Positions 28,599 through 39,063 of a DNA stretch of 64,000 nucleotides are shown here, piece after piece; the stretch's first letter is position 1, and each line of letters begins with the position of its first letter. The DNA lies in contig CAVSEO010000005.1 of assembly GCA_963727005.1 (NCBI GenBank), positions 1,227,348-1,291,347 of the forward strand, in the 5' to 3' direction. This stretch comes from an uncultured Chloroflexia bacterium (GTDB taxonomy: Bacteria; Chloroflexota; Limnocylindria; Limnocylindrales; CSP1-4). Made by a program: the position numbers and the translations under genes. The notes beneath the pieces were generated by a model, which did no database searches, was not told the DNA's origin, and was given only the letters and a program-made list of their open reading frames with translations.

Positions 28599-28741
28599 TG
28601 CCCGAGTATGCGGGACCGGCCGGTGATGCGCATGTCAGCGGCATGCGGCCGGGTGGGCCTGCCAGGTGTTCGGGGCCGCGGCTCGCGTCCGGCGGCGGGC
28701 TCGCGCGCAAGTGCGAGGCGGGCTCGCTCGCCCGCGTGCGC

Positions 28742-29035
28742 CTAGGCGGCTCTCGCCGGCGTCTGCGCCGCAGCTACCTCGGCTGCCTTCCGGGCGGTCT
28801 CCTCCGACCGGGGAGCAGCGGCACGCTCGAGGCGGCTCGCCATGGCCATGACCTCGTCGGCTTCGCTCTGTCCGATCAAGCCCGATTGCAGAGCCTCGAC
28901 CAGCAGCTGCTTCCGCGTCGGCTCGTCGGATTCGAGGAGCAGATCGATCAGGTCCGTATGTGGGACGACAGGAGGCTTTCGGCGGAACACGATTTCTTCC
29001 CTCCGGGGCGCAAGCCACCGATGAGTTAGTTCCAT
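28742..29035 (-). CDS. Hypothetical small protein
   Basis: MELTHRWLAPRREEIVFRRKPPVVPHTDLIDLLLESDEPTRKQLLVEALQSGLIGQSEADEV... I do not recognise a domain; coding potential is uncertain. Confidence 0.3.
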   Translation of the reverse strand: MELTHRWLAPRREEIVFRRKPPVVPHTDLIDLLLESDEPTRKQLLVEALQSGLIGQSEADEVMAMASRLERAAAPRSEETARKAAEVAAAQTPARAA

Positions 29036-29181
29036 GAGCGGCTGGAGGAGGTGTCGGCGATGTGGAGACAAAGGGTGTTCCCCGATGGTCCGGGCCCGAG
29101 GCATTCTTTCGGGCTCCGGCAGACTAGCGAATGTGGCGTTGCAATCTCCTCAAAGGCCGGCCGACGGCGCATTATTGCGAC

Positions 29182-30273
29182 ATGACAGAACACAACTCCC
29201 TTGATCGCTCATCGCGGACCCAGACCTCGGTCCGCGAGGTGGATTGCCTCATCGTCGGAGGCGGGGCGGCAGGTCTTTCGGCCGCGATCAACCTGGGGCG
29301 AATGCGCCGCAGCATGATCGTCGTGGACGATAAGGACCGCTTCAGGTGGCGCCATCCGATTCACAACTACCTGGGCTTCCCGGACGGCATCAAAGCCGCT
29401 GATCTCCGGCGGCTGGGACGGCGCCAGGCCGCGAAGTACGGGACCGGCTTCATCATCGGCACGGTTACGACGGCCGCACCGGACGGCGATCGATTCCGGA
29501 TCCGGATCGACGCGCTGGCGGCCAGGCCAGGGAGCGGCGCGGCCGCAGCCGGGGCAGCCGCCGCGGCCGACGGCCCGGACGAGGAGCTGGCCCGCACTTC
29601 CGAACGAGTCCAGGAAGGCCGCCCGATCGAGGTCCTGGCGCGCTCGGTCATCCTGGCCACAGGCGTGCGTGGCCACTTCCCGGAGTTTCCCGGTCGCGAG
29701 GACTGCGTGGGCGTGAGCCTCTTCTGGTGCATCCACTGCGACGGCTACGAATCGATCGACCACGTCGTCGGTGTCGTCGGCGACGACGAGGAGGCGGTCG
29801 AAACCGCGCTGGATCTGCTCGACTTCACCAGCCGGGTGACCATCGTGGCCGGTCGACCCGAAGGGTTCAGTGTCCCGAGATCACGGCTGGCCGATCTCGA
29901 GGCAAACGGAATCCTCGCCTATCCGGTCGGCGTCGCGGAGTACCAGAACCGCGACGGGCAGATGCAGGCCCTCGTCCTGGACGATCCGGCCCGGACCCGC
30001 GTCAACGTGGAGCATGTCTACATCGTCCGGCCCTCCGCGGCCGCCAATGAGCTGGCCGGCCAGCTCGGCGTGGCGCTGAACGGGATCGGCCAGATCATCG
30101 TCGACACCGACCAGCACACCAACGTTCCCGGCGTCCTGGCGGCGGGCGACGTCACCAGCCCGCACGACCACCAGTTCAGCGCCGCCGTCCACGAGGGCAA
30201 CCAGGCCGCCTGCGCGGCCAACTACCGCCTCTACCGGCCGGAGCAAAGGGACCCAGCCGCGGAGGATTGCTAA
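29182..30273 (+). CDS. Thioredoxin-reductase-like FAD/NAD(P)-dependent disulfide oxidoreductase
   Basis: ...DCLIVGGGAAGLSAAINL (FAD GxGxxG), ...LFWCIHCDGYE (a redox-active CxxC at the TrxB position), ...VLAAGDV... Confidence 0.7.
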   Translation: MTEHNSLDRSSRTQTSVREVDCLIVGGGAAGLSAAINLGRMRRSMIVVDDKDRFRWRHPIHNYLGFPDGIKAADLRRLGRRQAAKYGTGFIIGTVTTAAPDGDRFRIRIDALAARPGSGAAAAGAAAAADGPDEELARTSERVQEGRPIEVLARSVILATGVRGHFPEFPGREDCVGVSLFWCIHCDGYESIDHVVGVVGDDEEAVETALDLLDFTSRVTIVAGRPEGFSVPRSRLADLEANGILAYPVGVAEYQNRDGQMQALVLDDPARTRVNVEHVYIVRPSAAANELAGQLGVALNGIGQIIVDTDQHTNVPGVLAAGDVTSPHDHQFSAAVHEGNQAACAANYRLYRPEQRDPAAEDC

Positions 30274-30317
30274 GGGTCTGACCGTCGCCGGCATCCTGGA
30301 GCGCCGGCCGGCTTCGT

Positions 30318-30821
30318 TCAGCCGACAGGGACGCGGGCCTGGGCGATCTCGGGATGGCGCATGTTCATGAGGGAGACGCCGATGCCGTATGTCAGGAAGT
30401 TGCCCTCGGGCGTCAACTCGAGCACGCAGCTCGGCTCGGTGGGGGGCGGCAGCAGCCGGGCGAACTTCGGGGGCAGCGCGCTCTTGTCGAGCATGCAAGG
30501 CTCGCCGACATGGGCTCGGGCCCGGAAGTTGATTACCGCCGGCGGGATCGGGAAGAGCAGTGACAGGAACCCACCGCGGCGGACCGGCACGGTGAACGAG
30601 ACGATCTGGTCGTCGTGGATCGTGCGGGCCTTCCAGCTGGCCGCGGCCACGACCACCAGCACGCGGTGGCCGTCGGTTCCGTAGACGACCCCGCTGGACC
30701 GCGGCTCGCCCGACGCGGTGACGTGGCTCATCACGGCGAAGCTCGATTTCGCGAGGGTGGCCCAGACGCGTTCCGGCGTCAGTCCGGCCGGGTTGGCGGA
30801 CGGGTCCGAGTTGGCGCTCAC
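30318..30821 (-). CDS. Pyridoxamine 5'-phosphate oxidase-like FMN/F420-binding split-barrel protein
   Basis: ...LAKSSFAVMSHVTASGEPRSSGVVYGTDGHRVLVVV... is a PNPOx-like fold signature. 167 aa. Confidence 0.55.
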   Translation of the reverse strand: MSANSDPSANPAGLTPERVWATLAKSSFAVMSHVTASGEPRSSGVVYGTDGHRVLVVVAAASWKARTIHDDQIVSFTVPVRRGGFLSLLFPIPPAVINFRARAHVGEPCMLDKSALPPKFARLLPPPTEPSCVLELTPEGNFLTYGIGVSLMNMRHPEIAQARVPVG

Positions 30822-30985
30822 TTCTACCTCCCCATGTCATCCCCAGACGCGGCGTCACCCAACGACGGCGCCCACGACATGGTAGTCCGCCGCTACCCAT
30901 CCCTGGGCGCGTAGGTAGGCGGTCCGTCGGCTGCCTGCCGGTCTTCTCGGCCGCAGGCCAACCGTTCGCCGGAGGCCGTTCGCCG

Positions 30986-31306
30986 CTAGATCGGCAGCAG
31001 GTAGAGCGCCATCGCCATCGCCGAGCGAGCCACCAGCGCGTGCTTCGTATCGGCCGCCATTCGCACCCACGTGCCCGGGCCGGCCGGGAAAGTGTCGCCC
31101 GCGACGGTCAGCTCGCCCTCGCCGGAGAGGACGTGGATGATCGCCGGCCGGGCCGAAGTGTGCTCCGACAGCTGCTCGCCGGCCGCGAAGGCGAACAGAA
31201 CGAGCTCGATGCCCGCCTCGTCGCTGAGGGTCTGGCTGAGGATGCCACGGGCCGGGATCGGAGCCTCGGCCACGAGGTCCGCGAAGTGGGTATACGGCTT
31301 GGTCAT
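30986..31306 (-). CDS. Cupin-domain protein
   Basis: MTKPYTHFADLV...GIELVLFAFAAGEQLSEHTSARPAIIHVLSGEGELTVAGDTF... is a cupin_2 motif pattern. Start taken at the internal Met (107 aa). Confidence 0.55.
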   Translation of the reverse strand: MTKPYTHFADLVAEAPIPARGILSQTLSDEAGIELVLFAFAAGEQLSEHTSARPAIIHVLSGEGELTVAGDTFPAGPGTWVRMAADTKHALVARSAMAMALYLLPI

Positions 31307-31391
31307 GGCTGGACTCCTGCGGCTTGTCTCCTGGGAAGCGTAGGCGGAAGCGGCCTGCGCCGTAACCTCCCAGGCCGGATAGGATTGGCGC

Positions 31392-31922
31392 ATGAACCCC
31401 GACTTCAGCCAGCTGGACCTGGCCCCTCGAAAGCGCATCGGGCTCGTCGCCCACGACAACAAGAAGCAGGACCTGATCGAATGGGCACGGTACAACCGAC
31501 CCATGCTGGAGATGCACGACCTCGTCGCCACCGGAACCACCGGCCTGATGCTGCAGCGCGAGCTGGACCTCCCGGTGACGCAACTCCAGTCGGGGCCGCT
31601 CGGCGGAGACCTTCAGGTCGGGGCGATGATCGCCGACGGCAGCATCGACTTCCTGGTCTTCTTCTGGGACCCGCTCGAGCCCCAGCCCCACGACACGGAC
31701 GTAAAGTCGCTGCTGCGGATCGCGGTCGTGTGGAACATCCCCGTGGCCTGCGATCGGGCATCGGCCGACTTCATGATCAGCTCGCCGCTGATGACCGGCT
31801 CGTACGCACGCCGCGTGCCCGACTACACGGCCCACAACGAGCGAGAGGTGCCCGTTGCCGAGCCGACCCCGGGCGCCGATGAGGCGGACGGACCGATTGC
31901 ACCGGCGGGGCCGACCGACTGA
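31392..31922 (+). CDS. mgsA: Methylglyoxal synthase
   Basis: ...RIGLVAHDNKKQDLIEWAR...LVATGTTG...GPLGGDLQVGAMIADGSIDFLVFFWDPLEPQPHDTDVKSLLRIAVVWNIPVACDRASADF is typical MgsA. Confidence 0.85.
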   Translation: MNPDFSQLDLAPRKRIGLVAHDNKKQDLIEWARYNRPMLEMHDLVATGTTGLMLQRELDLPVTQLQSGPLGGDLQVGAMIADGSIDFLVFFWDPLEPQPHDTDVKSLLRIAVVWNIPVACDRASADFMISSPLMTGSYARRVPDYTAHNEREVPVAEPTPGADEADGPIAPAGPTD

Positions 31923-31955
31923 CCCCGCGACCCCGGTCACTCGCCGGCTGTCAAC

Positions 31956-34900
31956 TCACTTGACCGGCACCCACTGCAGCAGAAGCGCCTTCGTCTGGTC
32001 GCTTCCCACGCGCGCTATCCATAGCTTCAGGACGCCGTTGCCGTTGCCGATCGGCAGCGGGTCGCCGAAGTAGGAGAGAGGCCCGGAGTCGCCGACCGTC
32101 GGTGCCGACCCGATCTGAGTCGGCGTAGAACCGTCGGCCGGGTATCGCCAGAGCTGCTCGGCAAAGTTGCCGCTCGCGTCCTTGCCCTGCGTTTCCACGT
32201 AGGCCGCGTTGGCGTCGCCGGCCACGATCGTGCCGTTGATCTGGAGAGTGGCCGCCGGCGCGCCCGCCTGCGTGAAGTACTGAGCCGTCTTGTGGTCCGA
32301 GCTGCTCGTCCACAGGCCGGCACCGCCCGGGCGAGCCGTGCCGGCGATCGAGCCCAGAGAGTCGAAGGCCGTCGAGCCGGTCGTCAGCATGTAGTAGCCC
32401 TTGCCGGCGCCGGTCTCGTAGTAGAAGAACGCACCCTGCGAATCGAAGGTGTAACCGCCGGGGAACGGCAGCGGCACGCTCGTGCCCGGGGCGTTGGTCG
32501 CAGGGTCTATGCGGGCGAGCACTGTGCCCGAGTTGGTGGCCAGGTCGTACTTGCTGTCGTCCTCGTACCAGACCGCGTCTCCGTCGCTGGCGACGAGGCC
32601 GACGGTACCGCTCGGGTTGCACGGAACCTGAATCGTGGCCTGCTCGGCCAGGGTCTGGCCGTCGAGGCGCGTGATGCTGCAGTTGTGGCCGTTGGCGTCG
32701 GTCTTGAGGCCGGGCAGCCAGACGGAGCCGGCCGCGTAGTGGACCGGGGTCAGGGCCGACACGGCCACCTGGTTGACGATCTTCTGGGCGACCGGATCCA
32801 CCGCCATCAGGCTGAAGGTGGTATCTCCGGTCTGGACGGAGAGGTAGACCGTGTCGTTGGCACCGACGGCGTAGCCGCCGAGTGACACTGCCCCCTGGAC
32901 TACGGTCATCGCCCCACTGACCGCCCCGGCGCCGGCGGTCGCCGTCGCGGGGGCGCCGGTAGCCTGGGTGGTCGGGGCGGCAATCAGCAGGGACGCCCGA
33001 GTCGTAGAACCCCTGCAGGGACTGATAGGTCTGCGAGAAGCCGGCGTCACCGGTGACGCCGACGTCGAAGACGCAATTGTCGTGGAGGTCCTGGTCGGTG
33101 ACTCCCGAACATGCGGAGTCGCCGGCCGCGACCTGGTCGGACGAGAGGTCGGCCACCGTTGCATACCTGGCGTTTGCCGGGTAGGGCTTGATCGTGTACG
33201 TGGCCGTGGACTTGCCGGAGTCGTAGTCGAAGAGGGTCGTGGAGTCGGTCACGCGCCAGGCGTCGGCGAACTGGCCGTAGACGATGGTCCGCGCCTCGGG
33301 CTGGCTGCTCGCGGCAGGCAGCTGCGAACCGTCAGGCAGGGCCGGTACGCCCAGCCCGCCCTTGGTGATCGGTCCGAGGAGGCCGACGCCGCTCGCAGTC
33401 AGGCCGGCCGACGGACTGACCTGGGCGTTGATGCCCCATTGGCCGACCGACAGGGCCCACAGCCTCGTGCCGTCGGCAAAGTCGATCTCGTAGCCCTTGT
33501 GGACCGCGGCCATCTTTGCGCCGCCGCCCAGATCCTTGGGTCCCGCGGTCAGGTCCACGACGGTCCCGTCCACTCGAGCCTGAAGGTTCGAGCCGACCAC
33601 GTAGACGCCGACCCGATGACTGCCGACCTTCGCCGCGATGGCCGTGTTGATGGAGACGGCGTGGGCCGCCCCGTACGGTTCCTGGCGAGCCTGGATCTGG
33701 ACGCTCCCGTCGGCCGAGCTCAGCAGGGTGAACTCACCGGCGGCCTGGAAGTCGTAGTGATAAGCGTTGACGGTCGTCATGTGCGGATCGCCGTTCGAGC
33801 CCGGGAGCTTGGGCTGGCTCGGCTTCGGCGTGGGCCGCAGCTTGCAGATTTCCTCGAGCTTGGTCCCGATCACCGTCCATTTGGAGCCGCCTTCGGGGGC
33901 GTTGACGGCCACGATGGCCGGGAGCGACAGCTTCTTGGGGGCAACGTCCTGGCCCGCCAGCGCCGTGCCGGGGGGACACACGCAGCTCGAAACGGTGCAG
34001 AAGCTCTCCTCCTGGAAGTCGACCGCGGTGTGGCCGCTGAAGTCGTGGACGCTCGCCAGCCCGTCGGTGGCGATGGTCACCACCTCGCCCGAGGTGGAGT
34101 TGAGGCTCAGCAACGTGTTGGATCGCGACGGGAGGCTGCCGCTCCAGCCGGGCGCGGCGACGCGCCTGAACATCGTGTTGCGGGGCAGCTGGTGTCGACC
34201 GAAGCGCCGAAGCCGTGCAGGACCCATGGATCTTGCCACCCGGAGTTGTTGACGTAGGACTCCGCCCAGGCATCGCGGATGTCGGAGTCATCGCCGTGGA
34301 GAACGGCGATGAAGGTCTCGGACTGCTGGGTCGAATTGGCCGCGGCTATCCAGGCCTTGGCGACCGTGCCCCACATGTCGCGGCCCTTGTAGGCCAGCAG
34401 AGAGTAGTAGCCGAGCGCGTCGTAGTTACGGTTGGTCAGCGAGACTTCGGACACCATGTAGTTCGGCCACGCTTCTGCGAGCACAGGGTCGACGACCCTC
34501 GTATCGTCCGAGGCCAGGTACTCCGCCGTCCCCTCCATGATCCAGCTCGGCATGGCGTTGAACTTGTAGATGTCCCCTATCGCCTCGCCCTGGAAACAGT
34601 GGACGACCTCATGGGTGAGCAGGGCGTGGAGCACGGGGCTGACTTTGTCGCCGGCCGTCCAGGCCGCGTTGCTCCAGGTGTTCTTCCAGGCGATGATCGA
34701 ACAGGGCTGGTAATGGCCCCCGTCTTGTACCGCCCCGCCGTTGAGGAGGACGTTGCCGCCGTCGGTGTCGCTCAGGGTCAGGGTTACGTCCGGGCTGTTG
34801 ATGACCGGGAGCCCGAGCTTGGGCGCCAGGTGGACGATGATGCCGGAGATGTCATCGGCCATCGCCAGGGCCAGATCCGGCGATGCGTCCGGGGCCACGA

Positions 34901-35561
34901 AGGTCGTGAACGGCCAGCCGATGGGGGCGCCGAAGGCGAGGCGGGGCTGCTGGGGACGGGCCAGAGCAGCGAATGCGGCTCCCCTGGTGGACGCGACGGC
35001 TGAGGCGAACCCCGTCTCGAGGCCGGGCACGAAACCGGCGGCCGACGGCGCGGGCGTCATCTGCTTCGTCCCCTTCGTCGCTTCGGGCGGGAGATAGCGA
35101 TCGATCACGGCCTGCTGGGCGGCAGTGAGCTGGCTCCAATTGGCCTGCACCCAACGCATCACGCCGGTGCCCGAAGTGGGGGCGTAGCCGCCGTCCACGC
35201 CCGACGGCACGACGACGCCGGGGATGTCGACTTTGTAGAGATAGGCGAAGGCCTCGAGGGCGGTCTGCTTGGGAACGTTGCTGTCGGTGATGCCGCTCGT
35301 GATCGTCTGCCAGATGGTCTCCTTCGACGACCCGGAGGAGAGGAACTGCGGGACCTCGAGCGCGAGGATGCCGGCGATCACCAGCAGGCCAAGACCGATC
35401 GCGAGCCATCGGCGCCGGATCCGGCGCGCAGGCGGGGGCGTTGCGACAGTCGCAGCCGGAATGGGAGCCGCGTCAGCCGGCGCGGAGGATTCGGGTGACA
35501 CGGGAAGATTGGCCACGCTGGCGACCTCGGGAACGGGCTCGGACGACCGGGCGCTCCCCAA
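31956..35561 (-). CDS. Very large membrane-anchored surface protein with three recognisable domains, split across three frames by at least two apparent frameshifts
   Basis: 34107-35561: transmembrane anchor RRWLAIGLGLLVIAGILAL plus HEVVHCFQGE...EGTAEY (HExxH+E zincin-like peptidase). ~33050-34200: ...GSNGDPHMTTVNAYHYDFQAAGEF... (VWD-like domain with a GDPH autoproteolysis motif), then a Cys-rich segment ACSGVTDQDLHDNCVFDV. 31956-33164: C-terminal beta-propeller/lectin-like region (...GTVGLVASDGDAVWYEDD...). The frame joins near 34150-34200 and 33000-33100 look like single-nt indels. Confidence 0.5.
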
Positions 35562-35732
35562 ACGGGTCGCCTCGGCCCTGCCGGTTCGATGCCACGATCT
35601 CGACCTGCCGCGGTCCCGTCAATCGATCCGGCGTCCAGGCTCACGAGCCGAAACCGCCCTCCCACCAGGCGGTCGGCCGGCCGGCGCAAGCGACGCGCAA
35701 TCGATCGCCGTGAGGCCTAAGCTGGAGCGGTC

Positions 35733-36173
35733 ATGGATACCGAACCGGGCGCCATCTACCAACCGCTGGCTGCCCCGAAGGGGGCCTGGGCGGCCGAACA
35801 TCTCGCCCGCGACGTCGTCGGCTGGCTGACGACGATTGCCGCCGACGGGCGGGTCCAGAGCTCGCCGATCTCGTTCCTGTGGGACGGCGAGTCGATCCTG
35901 TTCTACAGCAAGCCCGCCACGCCCAAGCTGCGCAACATCGCCGCTCATCCGCAGGTGTCGTTCAACCTGAACTCGGACGAGTTCGCCGACCACTACCTGG
36001 TCATCGAGGGGACCGCGGCGGTCGATGAAGCGGCTCTTCCGTCCGACGTCCACCCGGCCTACGCGGCCAAGTACCACGCCCCGCTGGCGCATTGGGAGAT
36101 GGACGAGGCCCAGACGGCCCTCGAGTTCTCGGTCCCGGTCAGGATCACGCCGACTCGTATCAGGGCCGAGTAG
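35733..36173 (+). CDS. F420/FMN-dependent PPOX-class split-barrel protein (Rv1155-like)
   Basis: ...VVGWLTTIAADGRVQSSPISFLWDGESILFYSKPATPKLRNIAAHPQVSFNLN... matches the PPOX class F420-dependent family pattern. Confidence 0.6.
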   Translation: MDTEPGAIYQPLAAPKGAWAAEHLARDVVGWLTTIAADGRVQSSPISFLWDGESILFYSKPATPKLRNIAAHPQVSFNLNSDEFADHYLVIEGTAAVDEAALPSDVHPAYAAKYHAPLAHWEMDEAQTALEFSVPVRITPTRIRAE

Positions 36174-37257
36174 GGCGGTCGACGCCGGCTAAGGAGATCC
36201 GCGCCGATAGCGCCTGCCGCCGCAATTCGAGCACTCGCCAGGCCGCCAGGCTCACGAGGGGATTGCACCGTCGCTTGCCTGTCGGGCCCCAGGCGGCGAA
36301 GCTCCCGCGGCTGACGATGCGGTCCGCCCTGGTCGCGTTGGGGACCTCGAGCGGAAACCCGCCATCCGCAAGGCGCTTGGACTCGAGCAGGCGCACGGCA
36401 TCAACGCAGCGCTCATCGCCTGTCCGTCCCGCCTCGGCCATGACCTCCAGCGCGAAGAGGACGTCGTAGAACTGGATCGGGAAGTGGATCAGCTCGACGT
36501 GGCCGCCCCAGTCTGGATCGATCAAGGCTCCGTCGCGTCGCCGCCACAGCAGCCGTCTCGACAGGAGCAGCTCGGCTGCGCGCCCCGCCGCCTCGAGGGC
36601 CGCGCCGTCGCGGTACCTCTCTCCGAAGGCCGACAACCCCCGCACCGGAATCGCCGTCTCCTGGAACGAGGAGGTCGCTGCCTTCGCTCGATCGTCGCAG
36701 TTCCAGCCGCCGTCGGGCCACTGCCAGCGGATCAGCCTCCGGGCGAGCAGGTCGGTCCGTTCGTCGGCGAGCCCAAGGCGGATCGAATACCAGATCGCGT
36801 TGCCTTCCATGGACGCGCAGAAGCGGGCTCTCGAATCCTGGCCGGGGGGCGTTCGCCGGCCTGGCAGCTCGCGCGCCAGGAGCCAGCGGTAGACCCGGTC
36901 CATCATCGGCTGCAGCGACGTGTCGCCCGGCGGGTAGTTGATCAGCGACAGCGAGTGCAGCGTCCAATGCGGCCCCTGCCACTTCTTGTACGGATGGGTG
37001 CGGATTGTCCCGTCGGGCTCGCGGCCGCTCAGCAACGCCCGAGCCATCGGCGAGTCGGCGATACGAAGGCGCAGGGCCTGCGCTTCCGCGGAGCCCTCGG
37101 CCACCCCAGCGAGGAGTCGCGCCTTGTAAGCCAGGACGGGATCGTCGGATGCGGCGAACCGGGCCAGGGTGGCTTCCCAGGCAACGCCGGAGGGGCCGCT
37201 CGCACCGTGGGTCTGGCGGAGCGACTCGGGTTCGTGACGCCGGTCGATTGCCGTCAT
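36160..37257 (-). CDS. Hypothetical protein with a prenyltransferase/squalene-cyclase-type QW repeat
   Basis: ...RWQWPDGGWNCDD... and ...ESKRLADGGFP... resemble alpha/alpha-toroid QW (QxxDGGW) repeats. Start taken at MTAIDRR (37257). Confidence 0.45.
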   Translation of the reverse strand: MTAIDRRHEPESLRQTHGASGPSGVAWEATLARFAASDDPVLAYKARLLAGVAEGSAEAQALRLRIADSPMARALLSGREPDGTIRTHPYKKWQGPHWTLHSLSLINYPPGDTSLQPMMDRVYRWLLARELPGRRTPPGQDSRARFCASMEGNAIWYSIRLGLADERTDLLARRLIRWQWPDGGWNCDDRAKAATSSFQETAIPVRGLSAFGERYRDGAALEAAGRAAELLLSRRLLWRRRDGALIDPDWGGHVELIHFPIQFYDVLFALEVMAEAGRTGDERCVDAVRLLESKRLADGGFPLEVPNATRADRIVSRGSFAAWGPTGKRRCNPLVSLAAWRVLELRRQALSARISLAGVDRPTRP

Positions 37258-37373
37258 CTTCTCGCTCACTCCCGACGAGGAAACGGTCGTTCTGGGCAAG
37301 TCAAGTCTAGGCCCGACGGCACCTGGACGTCCCCGCCGGCTCGTGCCGCTTCCCGCAACGACCCTTGCGTCTG

Positions 37374-37393
37374 CTATACGTATATGTATACTA
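37374..37393. promoter_or_regulatory. AT-rich palindromic operator candidate in a divergent promoter region
   Basis: TATACGTATA (a perfect 10-bp palindrome, 37375-37384) followed by GTATAC (37386-37391). The local AT content contrasts sharply with the 70% GC genome. It lies between the divergently oriented genes at 37257(-) and 37434(+). Confidence 0.4.
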
Positions 37394-37433
37394 GGCGCAC
37401 ACAGGTCCGAAGCGCGGGAGTTACGATGCTCAG

Positions 37434-37958
37434 GTGCCAAACAAGACGATTTACGTTTCCGACGGCGACCTTCCGATCTACCAGCGCGCACAGGAGCTGG
37501 CCGGAGGAAATCTCTCTTCCGCGATCACGACCGCGCTCCGACGCTACGTGGAATTGGAGGAGGGACGCCTCGAAGGCTTCAAGGAGGTCACCGTCCGCGT
37601 CGGGGCGGGCGGCAACCGCAAGCAGCGATTCGTCGGGAGTCCTGCTCGCCGAGTGGGGCAGCTCGACGTAGAACCGGTTCGAGAGGTATCGCGTATACGG
37701 GACTCGCCGCAGCAAGTTCGTCTTCACATCGAGCGGTCTCCGGAATACGCGGGCCGGGATGCCGAAGGCAATCCGGCGACCGGCTGGCGCAGCTGGCTCG
37801 GTCATGGGCAACTTCACCTGGAGCTTCGCTTCAGGGGAGTCATCGCTCGAAGTGTTCGACGCCGCTCGAGCAGCTTCGCGAGAAGGTCCCGCCCCAGCTC
37901 TACGACCTCGTCGTCGCGTCCGCCGAGCAAGCCGACGGTCGAAGACCTCGACATCTGA
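37434..37958 (+). CDS. Ribbon-helix-helix (CopG/ParD-like) DNA-binding protein; the C-terminal part is of uncertain frame
   Basis: VPNKTIYVSDGDLPIYQRAQELAGGNLSSAITTALRRYVELEEGRL looks like a ribbon-helix-helix. After about 60 codons GC3 drops and coding-like signal moves to another frame, so the gene is probably frameshifted. Confidence 0.35.
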   Translation: MPNKTIYVSDGDLPIYQRAQELAGGNLSSAITTALRRYVELEEGRLEGFKEVTVRVGAGGNRKQRFVGSPARRVGQLDVEPVREVSRIRDSPQQVRLHIERSPEYAGRDAEGNPATGWRSWLGHGQLHLELRFRGVIARSVRRRSSSFARRSRPSSTTSSSRPPSKPTVEDLDI

Positions 37959-38086
37959 CGCTCGCGCCGGACCTGCGACGGCCGCGGACTCGTTTCTAGA
38001 TAGATCCCAGGCAACCTGGCGCTCCGCATGCCGGCCCGCTCCGGCTTCGCCGTGCCCGTTGCTGCCCGCAAGCAAGGCGACACAAC

Positions 38087-39063
38087 ATGGCTACGAATCA
38101 CCCACCGGCCCAACCCGCTATCGAGGTACGAGGACTTCGCAAGTCCTACGGGACTCTCATCGTTCTCGACGGCATCGACTTCGAGGTGGCGCGAGGCAGC
38201 GTCTTCTCGCTTCTGGGTCCCAACGGAGCCGGCAAGACCACGACCATCCAGATTCTCTCGACGCTGATTTCAGCCGACGGCGGGCGAGATCCGAGTTGCC
38301 GGCCACGATCGCCGCCGCGAACCCGAAGCGGTCCGAAGCGCGATCGGCGTGACGGGCCAGTTCTCGGCGCTGGACAAGTTGCTCACGGGCGAGGAGAACC
38401 TGATCCTCATGGCCGATCTTCGGCACCTCGGCAAGCGCGAAGGCAGGCGCCGGGTTGCCGAGCTGCTGCGAGCGATTCGATCTGGCCGACGCGGCGAACA
38501 AGCGGGTGATGGCCTACTCGGGCGGAATGCAGCGACGGCTGGACCTGGCGATGACCCTCGTCGGCCGGCCGCAGATCATCTTCCTGGACGAACCCACGGC
38601 CGGCCTCGACCCGCGAAGCCGCCGGACGATGTGGCAGATAATCCGCGACCTCGTCGATGACGGCGTCACGATCTTCCTCACCACTCAGTACCTCGAAGAG
38701 GCCGATCGGCTGGCCGATCGCATCGCCGTCCTCGACCGCGGCAGGCTCGTCGCTCAGGGAACCGCGGCGGAGCTCAAGCGGCTCGTGCCCGGCGGCCACA
38801 TCAGCCTCCAGTTCGCCGATCCGGTGGCGCTCCAGAAGGCCGCGACCATCTTCGCCGCGTCTGCTCGCGACGACGACGCCCTGACGCTGCAGGTGCCGGC
38901 CGGCAGCGACGTCCAATCGCTGAGGCTCGTCCTCGATCGGCTCGACGCGGCCTCGATCGAGGTCGACGAGCTTTCGGTCCATACGCCGGACCTCGACGAC
39001 GTATTCCTGGCCCTCACCGGCCACCCCGAACCAAACGAATCCGTGGAGGCGATCGCCCGATGA
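38087..39063 (+). CDS. ABC transporter ATP-binding protein (DrrA-like), interrupted by two single-nt insertion frameshifts near 38280 and 38468
   Basis: MATNHPPAQPAIEVRGLRKSYGTLIVLDGIDFEVARGSVFSLLGPNGAGKTTTIQIL (Walker A); then after +1: EIRVAGHD...IGVTGQFSALDKLLTGEENL; then after +1: ERFDLADAANKRVMAYSGGMQRRLDLAMTLVGRPQIIFLDEPTAGLDP (signature motif and Walker B). Confidence 0.8.
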
